Notes under the pieces: model-generated
The model's database searches: none
What the model saw: the letters and a program-made list of their open reading frames with translations, nothing else
Told to the model about the DNA's origin: nothing
DNA from: an uncultured cyanobacterium
GTDB taxonomy: Bacteria > Cyanobacteriota > Cyanobacteriia > Cyanobacteriales > Nostocaceae
Direction: 5' to 3'
NCBI GenBank assembly: GCA_963740315.1
Contig: CAVUDP010000002.1
Location: 1,376,001 to 1,440,000, forward strand
Length of the DNA: 64,000 bases
Shown here: in pieces, positions 63,109-64,000 of the stretch
Position numbering within the stretch: position 1 is the stretch's first letter
How the letters are laid out: every line of letters begins with the position of its first letter
Translations under genes and position numbers: made by a program

Positions 63109-63474
63109 GATTGGGCAGTTAATAATTATAAATATATTCTCCCCATCTCCCCCTCTACCCCATCTCCCCCTCTCCCCCGTCATCAGATAATTAATTTGTA
63201 GTGACAACTAAATTTAATGGTATATTAAGCGTCTATTTTATTATTTCTGCCGTCTGTACAATAAGTTTGTAGTAAGCTGCCAAAGTAAAAAAACTGGTGT
63301 AGGGCACTCAGATAGTAAATTGTAGTTGTTTAGCCAAGGTTTACAAATAAACTCTCCTCAGACGAAGGCTATATTAAACTACATCTCCTATATCACAGCA
63401 AACAACCCAAGATAAAACTCAGGCGATGCCTTTATAATTGGTGTTGCCCTACTAGCAGTTATTGTAACTTTTAG

Positions 63475-63726
63475 TTACTCAGAAGCTGCAACTTGTTCGG
63501 AGTTAAGGTGATTGATAGACCAACGATGAGAGACTTCCATAGAAGAACAGGTACAAACTTGCTCTAAGTGCTTTTGTTGGACAGCAGCTTTACGAAGGGT
63601 AATAATTAATTGATTTACCTGGTTCCGTAAATTGGGATTATCAATAACTGCTGTCATAGTTTGCCTTTCTAGCAATTGCAGTAGTAATTCGTAATGGATA
63701 GGTGAAGGAAGAGGAATTTGCTCCAT
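63475..63726 (-). CDS. Conserved cyanobacterial protein (DUF5340-like)
   Basis: PLPSPIHYELLLQLLERQT..QLIITLRKA. Confidence 0.75.
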   Translation of the reverse strand: MEQIPLPSPIHYELLLQLLERQTMTAVIDNPNLRNQVNQLIITLRKAAVQQKHLEQVCTCSSMEVSHRWSINHLNSEQVAASE

Positions 63727-63847
63727 GAAGTTTAAAAAAAAATGGTTGGTAGGGTTGAGACTCTAGCCAAATCTCAAAGTGTATAGTTCCTATATGAATT
63801 GTTGCACAGCTAACTAAGGGATTGTTTGAAGTATTTTCATAAGTTGG

Positions 63848-64000
63848 TTATGAAGGTTTGGCGAAGAGATTAGCGATCGCCATTGCTGGATCTGGCTGTT
63901 TTACCAACGATTCACCAATCAATACGGCATCAGCACCATTGTCCGCTACTAAGCTTAAATCCGATGGAGCATGTAATCCCGATTCGCTAACAACAAGGAT
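63848..64000 (-). CDS. trpC: Indole-3-glycerol phosphate synthase, 3' end (partial)
   Basis: Manual translation [27 protein letters not shown]. Confidence 0.9.
   Translation of the reverse strand: MLVVSESGLHAPSDLSLVADNGADAVLIGESLVKQPDPAMAIANLFAKPS

Overview
AT-rich window from a filamentous, probably heterocyst-forming cyanobacterium (Nostocales-like). The evidence is frequent HIP1 GCGATCGC sites, heptamer STRR tracts, a split dnaE intein and a flv3B-flv1B-like pair. Most of it is core genome: hisB, fabI, ntcA, pnp, SNF2/SWIM, psbDC, ycf4, hemN/ho/acsF, tRNA-Val, glpK, dnaE-N, pdxA, petM, ycf39, nadK, nblR and trpC. Two accessory blocks stand out. (1) At 45.7-55.1 kb there is a type III-A CRISPR effector module with no array or cas1/cas2 in the window. 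It has an apparently HD-less but GGDD-intact Cas10, an APE2256-type CARF protein with an unassigned C-terminal domain, an adjacent PD-(D/E)xK-like gene and a broken Csx3-ATPase remnant interrupted by a HIP1-inserted micro-element. (2) At 29.1-34.1 kb, next to tRNA-Val, there is a secreted-protein cluster in which a PEP-CTERM-like protein lies 2 bp from an O-antigen-ligase/O-OTase-like gene, a candidate dedicated glycosylation pair. Also seen are a silent alternative 3'-end cassette behind an LRR gene, several small palindromic repeat families with compensatory changes (some in frame inside genes), a candidate sRNA, and four reading-frame breaks, three of which may be assembly indels. All family assignments are from recognition of motifs by eye, not from database searches.
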